Assembly (NCBI GenBank): GCA_014729025.1
Contig: WJKP01000011.1
Coordinates: forward strand, 6,500-70,499
DNA: 64,000 nt
Direction of reading: 5' to 3'
From: Candidatus Buchananbacteria bacterium
Lineage (GTDB): Bacteria; Patescibacteriota; Patescibacteriia; CAIXNZ01
In this document: positions 11,561-20,842 of the stretch, in pieces
Position numbering within the stretch: position 1 is the stretch's first letter
How the letters are laid out: every line of letters begins with the position of its first letter
Notes under the pieces: generated by a model
The model's input: only the letters and a program-made list of their open reading frames with translations
Database searches by the model: none
What the model was told of the DNA's origin: nothing
Position numbers and translations under genes: made by a program

Positions 11561-11872
11561 ATGGAAAATCAAAATCAACCAAATCAACAAGGTGGGCAAA
11601 AACAAATTAATATTAAGATCACTGATGAGGTGCTGGAAGGTCGGTATGCCAATATGATGCAGGTAGCGCATACCAAAGAAGAGTTTATCCTGGATTTTGC
11701 TAACGTGGTCCCGCCTCAAGGAATCTTAACTTCTCGGGTGATTACCAGCCCGGGACACATTAAGCGGATTGTTAAGGCTTTACAGTCTAACATTGAAAAG
11801 TATGAACAGACTTTTGGGCCGATTAATGAAGCAGAACCGCCCAAAGAATTAAAGTTTCCTGACCTAGGCTAA
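11561..11872 (+). CDS. Small conserved hypothetical protein (DUF3467-like by recollection)
   Basis: 103 aa. Gln-rich N-terminus, then 'RYANMMQVAHTKEEFILDFANV'. Family assignment is from memory only. Confidence 0.4.
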   Translation: MENQNQPNQQGGQKQINIKITDEVLEGRYANMMQVAHTKEEFILDFANVVPPQGILTSRVITSPGHIKRIVKALQSNIEKYEQTFGPINEAEPPKELKFPDLG

Positions 11873-11910
11873 AAAAGTTTTAGCTAACCGTTTTGAAGAG
11901 GAATAAATTT

Positions 11911-12960
11911 ATGCCTAAAAAAACTAAAACAATTAAAGTTGGTGATGTTTTGATTGGCGGTGGCAACCCAATAGTTATCCAGTCAATGACCAAAACTTCA
12001 ACCAAAAACGCGCCAGCAACCATTAAACAGATTAACGAATTGAAAAAAGCCGGGTGCCAGCTGGTTCGTTTGGCAATTAAAGATATTATTGATACCAAAG
12101 CTTTACGCCAAATAAAAGCCAAAACCAAAATACCTTTGGTGGCTGATATTCATTTTGATTACCAGTTGGCTTTGGCAGCCATTGAATCCGGTGTTGATAA
12201 GATCAGGCTTAATCCCGGGAATATTAATGATAAACAACAATTAAAAGAAATTATTGAAGCCTGTAAGTCTAATAATGTAGCTGTTCGCATTGGTATTAAT
12301 GCCGGTTCTTTGGAAAAAGATATTTTAAAAAAATATAAAAAAGCCACAGCCAAAGCTTTAGTTGAATCAGGTTTGCGTAATATTAAACTGATTGAAAAAT
12401 TTAGTTTCAGGGATATTGTTGTTTCTTTAAAATCAAGTAGCGTACCAATCACGATTGAAGCTTACCAATTAATAAGCCAGAAAACAGATTATCCTTTGCA
12501 TGTCGGTATTACTGAAGCCGGGATTGGTGAACCAGGTATTATTAAATCAAGTGTGGGTATTGGCAGTTTGTTAAGCCAGGAGATTGGTGATACGATTCGG
12601 GTTTCCTTAACCGACGATCCGGTTAAAGAGGTTTGGGTGGCTAAAGAAATTTTAAAATCATTGGAATTAATTAAAGAGGGTGTGACAGTGATTGCTTGTC
12701 CCATGTGCGGACGTTGCCAAATTGATGTAGCAGCAATTGCCCAAGAAGTTTATGATAAAACCAGAAACATTAAAACACCAATGAAGGTAGCGATTATGGG
12801 TTGTGAAGTTAATGGTCCGGGTGAGGCTAGGGAAGCTGATATAGCCTTAATTGGCGGAGCCAAAGAAGCCGCTTTAATTATTAACGGTAAATTTGTTAAA
12901 AATATACCGTTCAAAAATATTGTTCAAGAACTAATTCAACAAATAAAAAATTATGCCTAA
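11911..12960 (+). CDS. ispG: 4-hydroxy-3-methylbut-2-enyl diphosphate synthase IspG (GcpE)
   Basis: TIM-barrel N-domain and C-terminal Fe-S domain with 'CPMCGRC...MGCEVNGPGE'. ATG at 11911 preceded by AGAGGA; the ORF track used an upstream TTG. Confidence 0.9.
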   Translation: MPKKTKTIKVGDVLIGGGNPIVIQSMTKTSTKNAPATIKQINELKKAGCQLVRLAIKDIIDTKALRQIKAKTKIPLVADIHFDYQLALAAIESGVDKIRLNPGNINDKQQLKEIIEACKSNNVAVRIGINAGSLEKDILKKYKKATAKALVESGLRNIKLIEKFSFRDIVVSLKSSSVPITIEAYQLISQKTDYPLHVGITEAGIGEPGIIKSSVGIGSLLSQEIGDTIRVSLTDDPVKEVWVAKEILKSLELIKEGVTVIACPMCGRCQIDVAAIAQEVYDKTRNIKTPMKVAIMGCEVNGPGEAREADIALIGGAKEAALIINGKFVKNIPFKNIVQELIQQIKNYA

Positions 12961-14041
12961 TTTTGAAAATTTTGAAGCAGAACAATCACCGGAAGAAAAA
13001 GTGGTTGAATTGGAAAAACAAATAACTGATTTACAGTCTGAAAAAGAATCTGCTGTTGAGGCTATTAAAATTGAAACCAAGAAAAAGAAAAAACATAAAA
13101 AAGTTGAAGAAGACGTTCGGCTTGAATTGCCTGATAATCCCCAAACCCGCCAGGTTGAATTTGAAAAAGATGATAAAGGTAAATTTTATTTTATTTATGA
13201 AGATGAACATGGCAATGAAACAATAGCTACTCCGGGTGATTTGGTTTCTGATATTGATTATGGTATTTATTATGATTTAAACCATGAAATAAAATCGCAG
13301 GAACATCGGAGTAAATATAATAAATTCAGGCGCCAGTATTTAGCAGCGGTTTATCAGGCCGAAATAGATAAATTGGAAACCGAATTATTGTTGATTAAAC
13401 GGTTAAAGATTGACAGAGTTGATTTGGACGATTATCATATAGGGCAAGTCTATCAAGAACTTTATGATGAATTAAAATTAGATCAACCGGATATAAAAGA
13501 ACAAGCTGGGTTTTTATTTGAAAAAATGATTAATGGTTTATTAACCAAACTGGCGATTGATTTGGGTGATAAATGGAGGTTTAGCGTGGAAAAAGCCAGT
13601 GTTATTGATGATGTTGAATTAAAAACCGATTTAATAGTTAAATTTTTAGAAAGTGAACAAGCCAATCGTGGTATTGGTGCTCAGGAAAATGCCAAAATAA
13701 AAGGTTTTCAATTAACTTTAATTGATAAAAACGATAAGAAATTTCAGCGTAAAAAAGAACAGGTTGCCAAAGTAAAAGCCCAGATTGCTGAATTAAAAAG
13801 ATTAGGCCGGCAAACTGATTTTGACGATTTGGCTTTATTGGAAACAGAAGTCGGGAATCAAGCAGTGATTTCCAGATACGATAAATGGAAAGATAAAGGC
13901 AAACCAGCTGGTGGGCCGGAAAAATTTTTTTCCGAAAACCAGATTATGGAATTTTTGGCTAAAATTTTTGAAGCAACTGATTTGGATTTTGAGCAAAATG
14001 AAAATTTTAAAACAGAAGTTTGGCAATATTTTAAAAAATAA
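12953..14041 (+). CDS. Hypothetical coiled-coil protein
   Basis: 362-aa ORF with charged, coiled-coil-like composition and no recognisable motif. Translationally coupled between ispG and dnaJ. Confidence 0.45.
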   Translation: MPNFENFEAEQSPEEKVVELEKQITDLQSEKESAVEAIKIETKKKKKHKKVEEDVRLELPDNPQTRQVEFEKDDKGKFYFIYEDEHGNETIATPGDLVSDIDYGIYYDLNHEIKSQEHRSKYNKFRRQYLAAVYQAEIDKLETELLLIKRLKIDRVDLDDYHIGQVYQELYDELKLDQPDIKEQAGFLFEKMINGLLTKLAIDLGDKWRFSVEKASVIDDVELKTDLIVKFLESEQANRGIGAQENAKIKGFQLTLIDKNDKKFQRKKEQVAKVKAQIAELKRLGRQTDFDDLALLETEVGNQAVISRYDKWKDKGKPAGGPEKFFSENQIMEFLAKIFEATDLDFEQNENFKTEVWQYFKK

Positions 14042-14053
14042 AATTTAAATACA

Positions 14054-15169
14054 ATGGGAAAAGATTATTACGAAATATTAGGCGTAGCAAAAAGTGCGTC
14101 AAAAGATGAAGTGAAAAAGGCTTTTAGGGAAAAGGCCCATCTTTATCATCCTGATAAAAAAGACGGTGATGAAAAAAAGTTTAAAGAAATTAATGAAGCT
14201 TATCAGGTTTTGGGTAATGAAGAAAAAAGAAAACAATATGATCAGTTTGGTTCAACATTTGATCAACAGGGCGGTTTTGGCGGTGGAATGAATTGGGATG
14301 ATTTTATGAAATATGCCAGACAAGGCGGTGGCGGTGCAACTTATAGTAATGTTGATTTTGGTGATTTGGGCGATATTTTAAGTGAAATGTTTGGCGGCGG
14401 GTTTGGCTTTGGCGGTAGCAAAAGCCGGGCTCAAACAAGGAGCCGAGGCCGTGATATTGAAGTTGATTTGCAATTGGATTTTAAAGAAGCTGTTTTTGGT
14501 ACGGAAAAAAATATTGAATTATATAAATTGGTTATTTGCGATCATTGCAAAGGCAATGGCGCAGAACCAGGTACTAAAATAACTGAATGTAAAACCTGTC
14601 AGGGTAAAGGCCAGGTTCAGCAGGTTCAGCAGACTTTTTTGGGTAGAATCCAGACTATGTCTGTTTGTCCTGATTGTCAAGGTGAAGGTAAAACTTATGA
14701 AACTCCTTGTTCCAAATGTGGCGGGCAAGGCAGAATTAAAGAAAAAAAACAAATCAAGATTAAAGTACCGGCCGGAGTTGATAACGGCATGACCATTAAA
14801 ATGTCAGGTGAAGGCGAGGCTGGTTTGCGCGGTGCCAGTAATAGTGATTTATATGTTCATTTGCGAGTGGTTTCAGACGATTATTTTAAACGTCAAGGCG
14901 ATGATATTATTACTCAAGAAGAAATCAGTTTTTCTCAGGCAGCTTTGGGTGATAAAATACCAATTAAAACTTTGGACGATGAAGTTAAATTAAAAATCCC
15001 GGCTGGTATTCAATCAGGCAAAGTTTTAAGCTTAAAAGGCAAGGGGATTCCTCGTTTTCAGCGTTCGGGTCGTGGCGATCATTTGGTTGAGATTATTGTA
15101 AAAACTCCGCAAAAACTTAATCGTCAGCAAAAAAAAATATTAGAAGAATTAAATAAAGCAGGCCTTTAA
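14054..15169 (+). CDS. dnaJ: Chaperone DnaJ
   Basis: J-domain with HPD ('YHPDKK'). G/F-rich linker. Four CxxCxGxG zinc-finger repeats (CDHCKGNG, CKTCQGKG, CPDCQGEG, CSKCGGQG). C-terminal peptide-binding domains. Confidence 0.95.
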   Translation: MGKDYYEILGVAKSASKDEVKKAFREKAHLYHPDKKDGDEKKFKEINEAYQVLGNEEKRKQYDQFGSTFDQQGGFGGGMNWDDFMKYARQGGGGATYSNVDFGDLGDILSEMFGGGFGFGGSKSRAQTRSRGRDIEVDLQLDFKEAVFGTEKNIELYKLVICDHCKGNGAEPGTKITECKTCQGKGQVQQVQQTFLGRIQTMSVCPDCQGEGKTYETPCSKCGGQGRIKEKKQIKIKVPAGVDNGMTIKMSGEGEAGLRGASNSDLYVHLRVVSDDYFKRQGDDIITQEEISFSQAALGDKIPIKTLDDEVKLKIPAGIQSGKVLSLKGKGIPRFQRSGRGDHLVEIIVKTPQKLNRQQKKILEELNKAGL

Positions 15170-15174
15170 AAAAA

Positions 15175-15210
15175 ACAACCCCAATTTAAGGGGTTGTTTT
15201 TGTTTTGTTT
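15175..15210 (+). terminator. Rho-independent terminator after dnaJ
   Basis: AACAACCCC-AATTTAA-GGGGTTGTT followed by TTTTGTTTTGTTT. Confidence 0.7.
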
Positions 15211-15261
15211 ATATTTTTATGGTATAATAAAAACAAGTAAAATAATAAATTATCCACAATC

Positions 15262-15780
15262 ATGGATTTTTTGGCAAATATAAATTGGGCTGCTCCCAGT
15301 TGGGATTTGTTTATAATCTTGTTTTTTGTAGTGGCTGCTTTTTTATACGGCTTATCTTTAGGCCGTGATCGTGTTATAGTTATATTAGTTAGTATTTATA
15401 TGGCTTTGGCTATTGTAAATACCGCACCTTATTTAAGCAGTTTTAATGCGGAAATCAGTTATAATAATGCTTCGATTTTTAATGTGACTGTTTTTGTAGG
15501 AATTTTTATTGTTTTGTTTTTTCTTTTATCAAGAGGCGCTTTGTTAAAAACACTTGGCGGGTCAGCCAGTAATGGCAGCTGGTGGCAGTCAATGATTTTT
15601 AGTTTTTTTCATGTCGGTTTGATTTTAAGTATTTTAATGTCATATTTACCTCAGGCCACTGTTAATCATGTGTCCGCGGGCATGCGTAATTTATTTATTT
15701 CTGATCCGGCCAGATTTTTCTGGCTGGTGGCTCCGATTATTATGATGGTTTTGATCAGAAAAAAGAAAGAAGAAGTTTAA
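15262..15780 (+). CDS. Small integral membrane protein (CvpA-like?)
   Basis: 172 aa, 4-5 predicted TM helices. Size and topology resemble the CvpA family. Weak. Confidence 0.35.
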   Translation: MDFLANINWAAPSWDLFIILFFVVAAFLYGLSLGRDRVIVILVSIYMALAIVNTAPYLSSFNAEISYNNASIFNVTVFVGIFIVLFFLLSRGALLKTLGGSASNGSWWQSMIFSFFHVGLILSILMSYLPQATVNHVSAGMRNLFISDPARFFWLVAPIIMMVLIRKKKEEV

Positions 15781-15790
15781 AATTATTTAT

Positions 15791-16435
15791 ATGAAATTAA
15801 ATTGGTTAACAAAATTTTGTTTAGTAGCAGCCGGTTTATTATTAGGCGGTGTTTTTATTGTCCAAGCAGCCGGCTTTGTCAGTTATGAAGATAATAATAA
15901 AATAATAATTTGGGATCCGGTAAAAATGACAGGTAAAGGCTTGAAAATGTCTGCGGCCGGCGTTAATGATTTGGAAGACGTGCCAGACGGCGTGATTAAG
16001 ATTGAAGATAAAGATTTGTATGTTAGAAATTTTATGGGATTTGATTGCCCGAATTACCCGCAATCAACATCCTGTACAACCACACTTGGTAATATTGGCG
16101 GTAATTCTTTTTTAACTATTGATACAGTAAAAGGTGAGAATTTATATTTAAATGCTAATGGAGGGATTGATTTGAATTTACAGGGTGATGGATTGAAAAT
16201 ACAAGGTAAAATAATTATGCCTGGTGGTACAAATTCTCCTAGTTTATTTGTAGTAGATGATGATGATATGCCATCACCTAATTCTACGGTAACAAGCAGT
16301 GTTTTTGTTGATGATTTACATACCGCGTATTTGGGTGGGTTAAATAATTTAGACATACCAGGTCTTAAATTTGAAGAAGCTGCTTATTTTGATCCAAAAC
16401 GGATGATTTTTCTTGATTTAACTCCTACTAATTAA
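15791..16435 (+). CDS. Secreted hypothetical protein
   Basis: N-terminal signal/anchor 'KFCLVAAGLLLGGVFIVQAAG', Gly/Asn-rich beta-like body. Confidence 0.45.
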   Translation: MKLNWLTKFCLVAAGLLLGGVFIVQAAGFVSYEDNNKIIIWDPVKMTGKGLKMSAAGVNDLEDVPDGVIKIEDKDLYVRNFMGFDCPNYPQSTSCTTTLGNIGGNSFLTIDTVKGENLYLNANGGIDLNLQGDGLKIQGKIIMPGGTNSPSLFVVDDDDMPSPNSTVTSSVFVDDLHTAYLGGLNNLDIPGLKFEEAAYFDPKRMIFLDLTPTN

Positions 16436-16442
16436 TTTTAAT

Positions 16443-17243
16443 ATGAATAAATTTTTTAAAATAGCCCTTGCATTAAGTTTTCTCATTTTATGTTTAATTC
16501 TTGGTGATTTTGTTTTGGCTCAGGGAGATGGTTATTTTTTGGAAAAAGGTAATGAGTTTTTTATCTTTGATAATTTATATGTCAATGGTTATTTAACTGT
16601 CGGTAATGATATGCTGGGAGAAACCGCCAATTTGGGTGATGTTTTGGTTGGTGATAGGTTAATTTTGGATGCTGATTCCTCTTTTACTTTTTGTAAAAAA
16701 GAATTACAATCCGGTACTAATGCGATTTTAAACAGAGATTGTGAAGATAAAATAATGGTTTGGCATTCAGTTGCTGATAAAGGTTTGGAAGTTCTTGATA
16801 CTAATTTTTATGAATTAAATACCAATAATATAGAAACTTGGCCTCATTCAATAATAATGCAGCCCAATAACCGCATTTATACTGAGGTGCCCGTAAAATT
16901 AATTGGTATGCAGGGTTGTTTTTCTAACCGGGATTCTGATTGTAATGATGATGAATTAGAAACTACAACAGTTAAATTAAACAGCATCGCTTTATTTGGC
17001 GATAATACAAATATTAAAATAAATTCTGCTAATATTAATTTGGGTAACATAGATCTAGGAAGTTTCGATGACTTTAAGCGGCATGATTTATGCTGGCTGG
17101 CTAGCAGTATAAATTCCTGCCCAAAGGGTTTTACTCATCCGGCATTTAAAGAGACACCGGAAGAAGGGAGTGTTACCGTTACCAGGAGTTTGGATAGAGT
17201 GGAGGGTAATGTGTTATGTTGTTATTTGAATATAGCTTTTTAG
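16443..17243 (+). CDS. Secreted Cys-containing hypothetical protein (paralog family with the next gene)
   Basis: Signal peptide 'ALALSFLILCLILGDFVLAQG'. C-terminal CC motif '...NVLCCYLNIAF'. Confidence 0.45.
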   Translation: MNKFFKIALALSFLILCLILGDFVLAQGDGYFLEKGNEFFIFDNLYVNGYLTVGNDMLGETANLGDVLVGDRLILDADSSFTFCKKELQSGTNAILNRDCEDKIMVWHSVADKGLEVLDTNFYELNTNNIETWPHSIIMQPNNRIYTEVPVKLIGMQGCFSNRDSDCNDDELETTTVKLNSIALFGDNTNIKINSANINLGNIDLGSFDDFKRHDLCWLASSINSCPKGFTHPAFKETPEEGSVTVTRSLDRVEGNVLCCYLNIAF

Positions 17244-17255
17244 TAATAAAATTAT

Positions 17256-18128
17256 ATGTCAAGAATTTTTAAAATTTGTTTTATTATAGCTTTATTTATT
17301 TTTTCCGGTTCAGTGGCCTGGGCTGCTTTTAATTATGATTCTGCTAATAATTATTTTTTAATTGATTCAATTCTAAAAACTGGTGGCGATTATGTTTTAA
17401 TTGGTGAAGGGTTGTCAGGTTATTGTGAGAATGATAATTATATTAGTCAGGCGCAATGTGAGGCCAATAATAGTACTTGGTATGAAGTTTTGAGCAAAAT
17501 AGCTGCCGATGGTACTGAAACCGAAAGTACTTCGTTTTTTGCAGTTTCCAATAATTTGATTTTTCCTGCTAACGCTAGATTTATAAGTGGTGTCAGATCA
17601 ATGAATATAGATGAATTTTCAACTAATGCTATTTCAGTAAATAGCAGCAATAATTTTACCATAAGGACACCGGGCAGTTCTGGCACTTTATCATTTTTTG
17701 CGGGAGTAATTGAAATGCAACAAAAGTTTAGAATAAAAAATGGTTTAAGTTTTCGTAGTGGAATTACTGCAAATAATTTTGAAATACATGTTCCCAAGGT
17801 TTTAACTGAAAAAATAGAGCTTTTGGATTCTGCTGAAGATAAATTAACCATTACTTCTGACGGGTTGTATTTGACTGCCGGCGGTACAGCTACGGCTGCT
17901 GACATTTATTTTGGAACAGCTGATTCTAATTTATGTAAGGTGAAAAGTATAAATACTGCAGGGACTGGTCATTATACTGAAAACGATCAAATCGGAGATT
18001 TTAATTTAACTCAGACTGATTGTGATTCTGGCTATTATATTTATGATATTTCAGCCGATACCAGTAATTATAAAATGGTTTGTTGCCGTATTGACAATTG
18101 TCCGGGGGGAGGCGGAAATTGTTTTTAG
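17256..18128 (+). CDS. Secreted Cys-containing hypothetical protein
   Basis: Signal peptide 'FIIALFIFSGSVAWA'. C-terminal '...MVCCRIDNCPGGGGNCF' similar to the previous gene. Confidence 0.45.
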   Translation: MSRIFKICFIIALFIFSGSVAWAAFNYDSANNYFLIDSILKTGGDYVLIGEGLSGYCENDNYISQAQCEANNSTWYEVLSKIAADGTETESTSFFAVSNNLIFPANARFISGVRSMNIDEFSTNAISVNSSNNFTIRTPGSSGTLSFFAGVIEMQQKFRIKNGLSFRSGITANNFEIHVPKVLTEKIELLDSAEDKLTITSDGLYLTAGGTATAADIYFGTADSNLCKVKSINTAGTGHYTENDQIGDFNLTQTDCDSGYYIYDISADTSNYKMVCCRIDNCPGGGGNCF

Positions 18129-18169
18129 TATTATATAAAGAAAATTCTAATAGTAATTTAAAATTTATA

Positions 18170-18646
18170 ATGAATAAAATAAATAATAATTTCAAGTTTG
18201 AATTTGATAAAAAAATACAGCAAATAGAATTTAAAATTAATTCTAAGATTTATCCATTAACAACAATTTATCAGGCAACTTATTTATTTTTGGATAAGGT
18301 TTATGTTTTTTTAGATGGTCAGCCTGAGAAGGAAATTAAGGCGTTTTTCAAGCTTAAAGAGCATGTTAATAAAGAACAATTAGAAAATTTAGTCGGCCAA
18401 TTTTATAATGAACTTTTAAATCAGGTGTTAAGAGAAAAAATTAGCCAAGCTAATGATAAAATTAGAGAATACATTGTTTCCCAAGCGCTTTATAGCGCTG
18501 TACCTAGTGAGGTTGACGAGCTTTTAAAAGAAGTAGAAGATGATTGGCAAAAAGACCCTTTGGGAATTGCTCAGCCTTGGCAGGAAAAAAAACAAGCAGC
18601 AAAAAAATCAAAGAAAAGTTCAAAAAAAGTAAAGTCTAAAAAATAA
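18170..18646 (+). CDS. Hypothetical protein with Lys-rich C-terminal tail
   Basis: Start set at internal ATG (MNKINNN) to avoid overlapping the upstream gene. No recognisable motif. Confidence 0.4.
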   Translation: MNKINNNFKFEFDKKIQQIEFKINSKIYPLTTIYQATYLFLDKVYVFLDGQPEKEIKAFFKLKEHVNKEQLENLVGQFYNELLNQVLREKISQANDKIREYIVSQALYSAVPSEVDELLKEVEDDWQKDPLGIAQPWQEKKQAAKKSKKSSKKVKSKK

Positions 18647-18650
18647 AATC

Positions 18651-18851
18651 ATGAGGATTATTAAGTTTAATAAAAAGATATACAGACCTGAAGCAATCAA
18701 ACAAGCGATTAATGATTTTAAAAATTTGGCCAATTTTAAATTAAAAGAAAACAGTGATTATATTGAAATAAAGATAAATAAAATAGATCAGGATTATAAA
18801 GATATTTTAAAAGATGAATTTGCCAATTATGCGCTTGGTTTAATGTCTTAA
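18651..18851 (+). CDS. Small protein, possible HxsD-like component of the His-Xaa-Ser system
   Basis: 66 aa, directly upstream of the SPASM rSAM. C-terminal 'ILKDEFANYALGL' loosely resembles the LLNDYxLRE signature I recall for the TIGRFAMs HxsD family. Weak. Confidence 0.35.
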   Translation: MRIIKFNKKIYRPEAIKQAINDFKNLANFKLKENSDYIEIKINKIDQDYKDILKDEFANYALGLMS

Positions 18852-18887
18852 CTTAAGTAATAAAGGGGTGAAGCAAATATTTAAGCT

Positions 18888-20372
18888 ATGTTGGATTTAC
18901 AAACGATTAAAAAATTAAATGATAAACAGGCCGGATTCTTCCGTTTTAAAAAATTTGAAAATGACAATTATTTATTGACCAATGACATCGGCCATTACAT
19001 TTTTTTGCCAGAAACAGATTTTAAAAAATATATTCATGGCCGACTGGATAAAAAAAGCAAGCTTTATCAAAAATTAAAACAAAAATTATTTATTAAAGAT
19101 GAGGATTACCTTAAAAATTTCATTTGGCAGTATCGTCAGCGCAATTCTTTTTTGAAATACGGGCCGTCTTTGCATATTGTGGTTGTAACTTTAAGATGCA
19201 ATCATCGCTGTATTTATTGTCATGCCAGCGCTGCAACATGTAAAGATAAGAAATACGATATGGATCTAAAAACAGCCAAACTGGTAGTTGATACTATTTT
19301 TAAATCCAATAATAATGCGATTTGCATAGAATTTCAGGGTGGTGAACCGCTTTTAAACTGGCCAGTAGTAGAATTTATTATCAATTATGCTCAGGAAAAA
19401 AACAAATTAGAGAAAAAAAATTTAATTTTTCGGTTAGTTTCCAATTTTACTTTATTAGACCAAAAGAAAATGAATTTTTTAATGACTAATGAAGTTAATT
19501 TTTGTACATCCTTGGACGGTGACGAATCGACTCATAATTATAATCGTATTTTTACTGACGGTAATAGTTATAAAGAAACAGTAAAATGGATTAAAAAAAT
19601 CAATCAGGCTTATAAAGATAAATATAAAGGCAAAAAGAAAAATTATTATCGGGTAGGCGCTTTGATTACAGTAACTCGTAAAACTTTGGCTAATTATAAA
19701 CAGGTTATTGATACTTATATAAAGTTGGGTTTTCGGAACATTTATTTGCGTTATTTAAATCCTTTTGGCTTTGCTTTGCAAGCCAAAGAAAAAATATGGT
19801 ACAATCCTAAAGAATATATTGATTTTTATAAAAAAGCTTTTGATTATATTTTGGAAAAAAATTATCAAGGCAGGCATTTTTATGAAAGCATGGCAGCGAC
19901 TTATTTAAGAAAGATACTAAATCAGGAAGAACCGAATAATTTGGATTTCCGTTCGCCTTGCGGGGCAGTGATCGGTCAATTGGCTTATAATTACAATGGC
20001 GATGTTTATACTTGTGATGAGGGGCGGATGATTGCCAGGATGGGCGGTGATGAGATGTTTAAATTGGGTAATATAAAAAAAAATTCATTGGAAGAATTAA
20101 TTAATAATGATTTGTGTAAATCCGTTTGTTTTGCTTCGTGTGTTGATGGTTTACCGGGGTTTAGTGAAAACGTTTATAAACCTTATTTGGGTATTTGTCC
20201 GGTTTATAATTATTCCGTGCACGGTAATATTTTTCCAGCAATGAAAAATAATTTCCGCTGGCAAATAGATGAAGCAATTGTAGAATATTTATTTACTAAG
20301 CTTCAAAATAGAAAAAATCAGGATATTTTCCAAGAATGGGTCAAAAAATCAAAACCCCCGATTCCCAAATAA
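18888..20372 (+). CDS. Radical SAM/SPASM-domain peptide-modifying enzyme (anSME-like; candidate HxsB-type maturase)
   Basis: 'TLRCNHRCIYCHA' (CxxxCxxC). 'FQGGEPLL'. C-terminal SPASM-like Cys cluster 'SPCGAVIGQLAYNYNGDVYTCDEG...CKSVCFASC...GICPV'. Directly upstream of the repeat peptide. Confidence 0.8.
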   Translation: MLDLQTIKKLNDKQAGFFRFKKFENDNYLLTNDIGHYIFLPETDFKKYIHGRLDKKSKLYQKLKQKLFIKDEDYLKNFIWQYRQRNSFLKYGPSLHIVVVTLRCNHRCIYCHASAATCKDKKYDMDLKTAKLVVDTIFKSNNNAICIEFQGGEPLLNWPVVEFIINYAQEKNKLEKKNLIFRLVSNFTLLDQKKMNFLMTNEVNFCTSLDGDESTHNYNRIFTDGNSYKETVKWIKKINQAYKDKYKGKKKNYYRVGALITVTRKTLANYKQVIDTYIKLGFRNIYLRYLNPFGFALQAKEKIWYNPKEYIDFYKKAFDYILEKNYQGRHFYESMAATYLRKILNQEEPNNLDFRSPCGAVIGQLAYNYNGDVYTCDEGRMIARMGGDEMFKLGNIKKNSLEELINNDLCKSVCFASCVDGLPGFSENVYKPYLGICPVYNYSVHGNIFPAMKNNFRWQIDEAIVEYLFTKLQNRKNQDIFQEWVKKSKPPIPK

Positions 20373-20386
20373 TAAAATATAAATAT

Positions 20387-20839
20387 ATGAAAAATAAACT
20401 TCCCAAATTAAAGAAAAAATTTCAAGAATTTTTAAATGATGAAGAAGGGCGCATTACTAAAAAAGATATTATTATGCTAGGTATTGGCGTGACTGCTTTG
20501 GGTATTTTAGCCGAAGAAGCCGAAGCTTATAATTGCGGGCAATTGCCAGGCGGTTTAAGTAATAAAACCCCCAATCCGTGCGGTTCTCAACCTATGAGGC
20601 CAAATTCGCATACGACTTGCTGTAATATTAAACATTGTGGTAACAATGGTTACGAAAATGACAACTATAATGAGTTAATCGGCGATGTTAATCATAGTTG
20701 GGATCATAATAATTATATTCATAATAATGCCGAGGTTGGTACTCATTGTTCACATGGTTCGCACGGTTCGCATGGCTCGCATGGTTCGCACGGTTCACAT
20801 GGCTCGCATGGTTCGCACGGTTCGCATGGCTCATATTAA
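20387..20839 (+). CDS. His-Xaa-Ser-type repeat peptide/protein (candidate RiPP-like precursor, HxsA-like)
   Basis: Start at MKNKLP (20387). Basic N-terminus, one TM helix '[15 protein letters not shown]', a Cys/Asn-rich middle (6 Cys) and a C-terminal '[28 protein letters not shown]' (nine SHG units). Encoded by a 9-bp tandem repeat with synonymous codon variation. Confidence 0.7.
   Translation: MKNKLPKLKKKFQEFLNDEEGRITKKDIIMLGIGVTALGILAEEAEAYNCGQLPGGLSNKTPNPCGSQPMRPNSHTTCCNIKHCGNNGYENDNYNELIGDVNHSWDHNNYIHNNAEVGTHCSHGSHGSHGSHGSHGSHGSHGSHGSHGSY
20749..20835 (+). repeat. 9-bp tandem repeat (about 9.5 copies) encoding the (Ser-His-Gly)n tail
   Basis: tcRcaYggY units: cat/cac, ggt/ggc, tcg/tca alternate. 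Synonymous variation argues for maintained coding repeats, not an artefact. Confidence 0.9.
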
Positions 20840-20842
20840 TCT

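Noticed and set aside
20749-20835. Possibility that the regular short repeats are a CRISPR array or an engineered His-tag
   Set aside because: 9-bp units are contiguous without spacers, so not CRISPR. They lie in frame inside a native ORF with flanking rSAM genes and show synonymous codon variation, so not a cloning tag.
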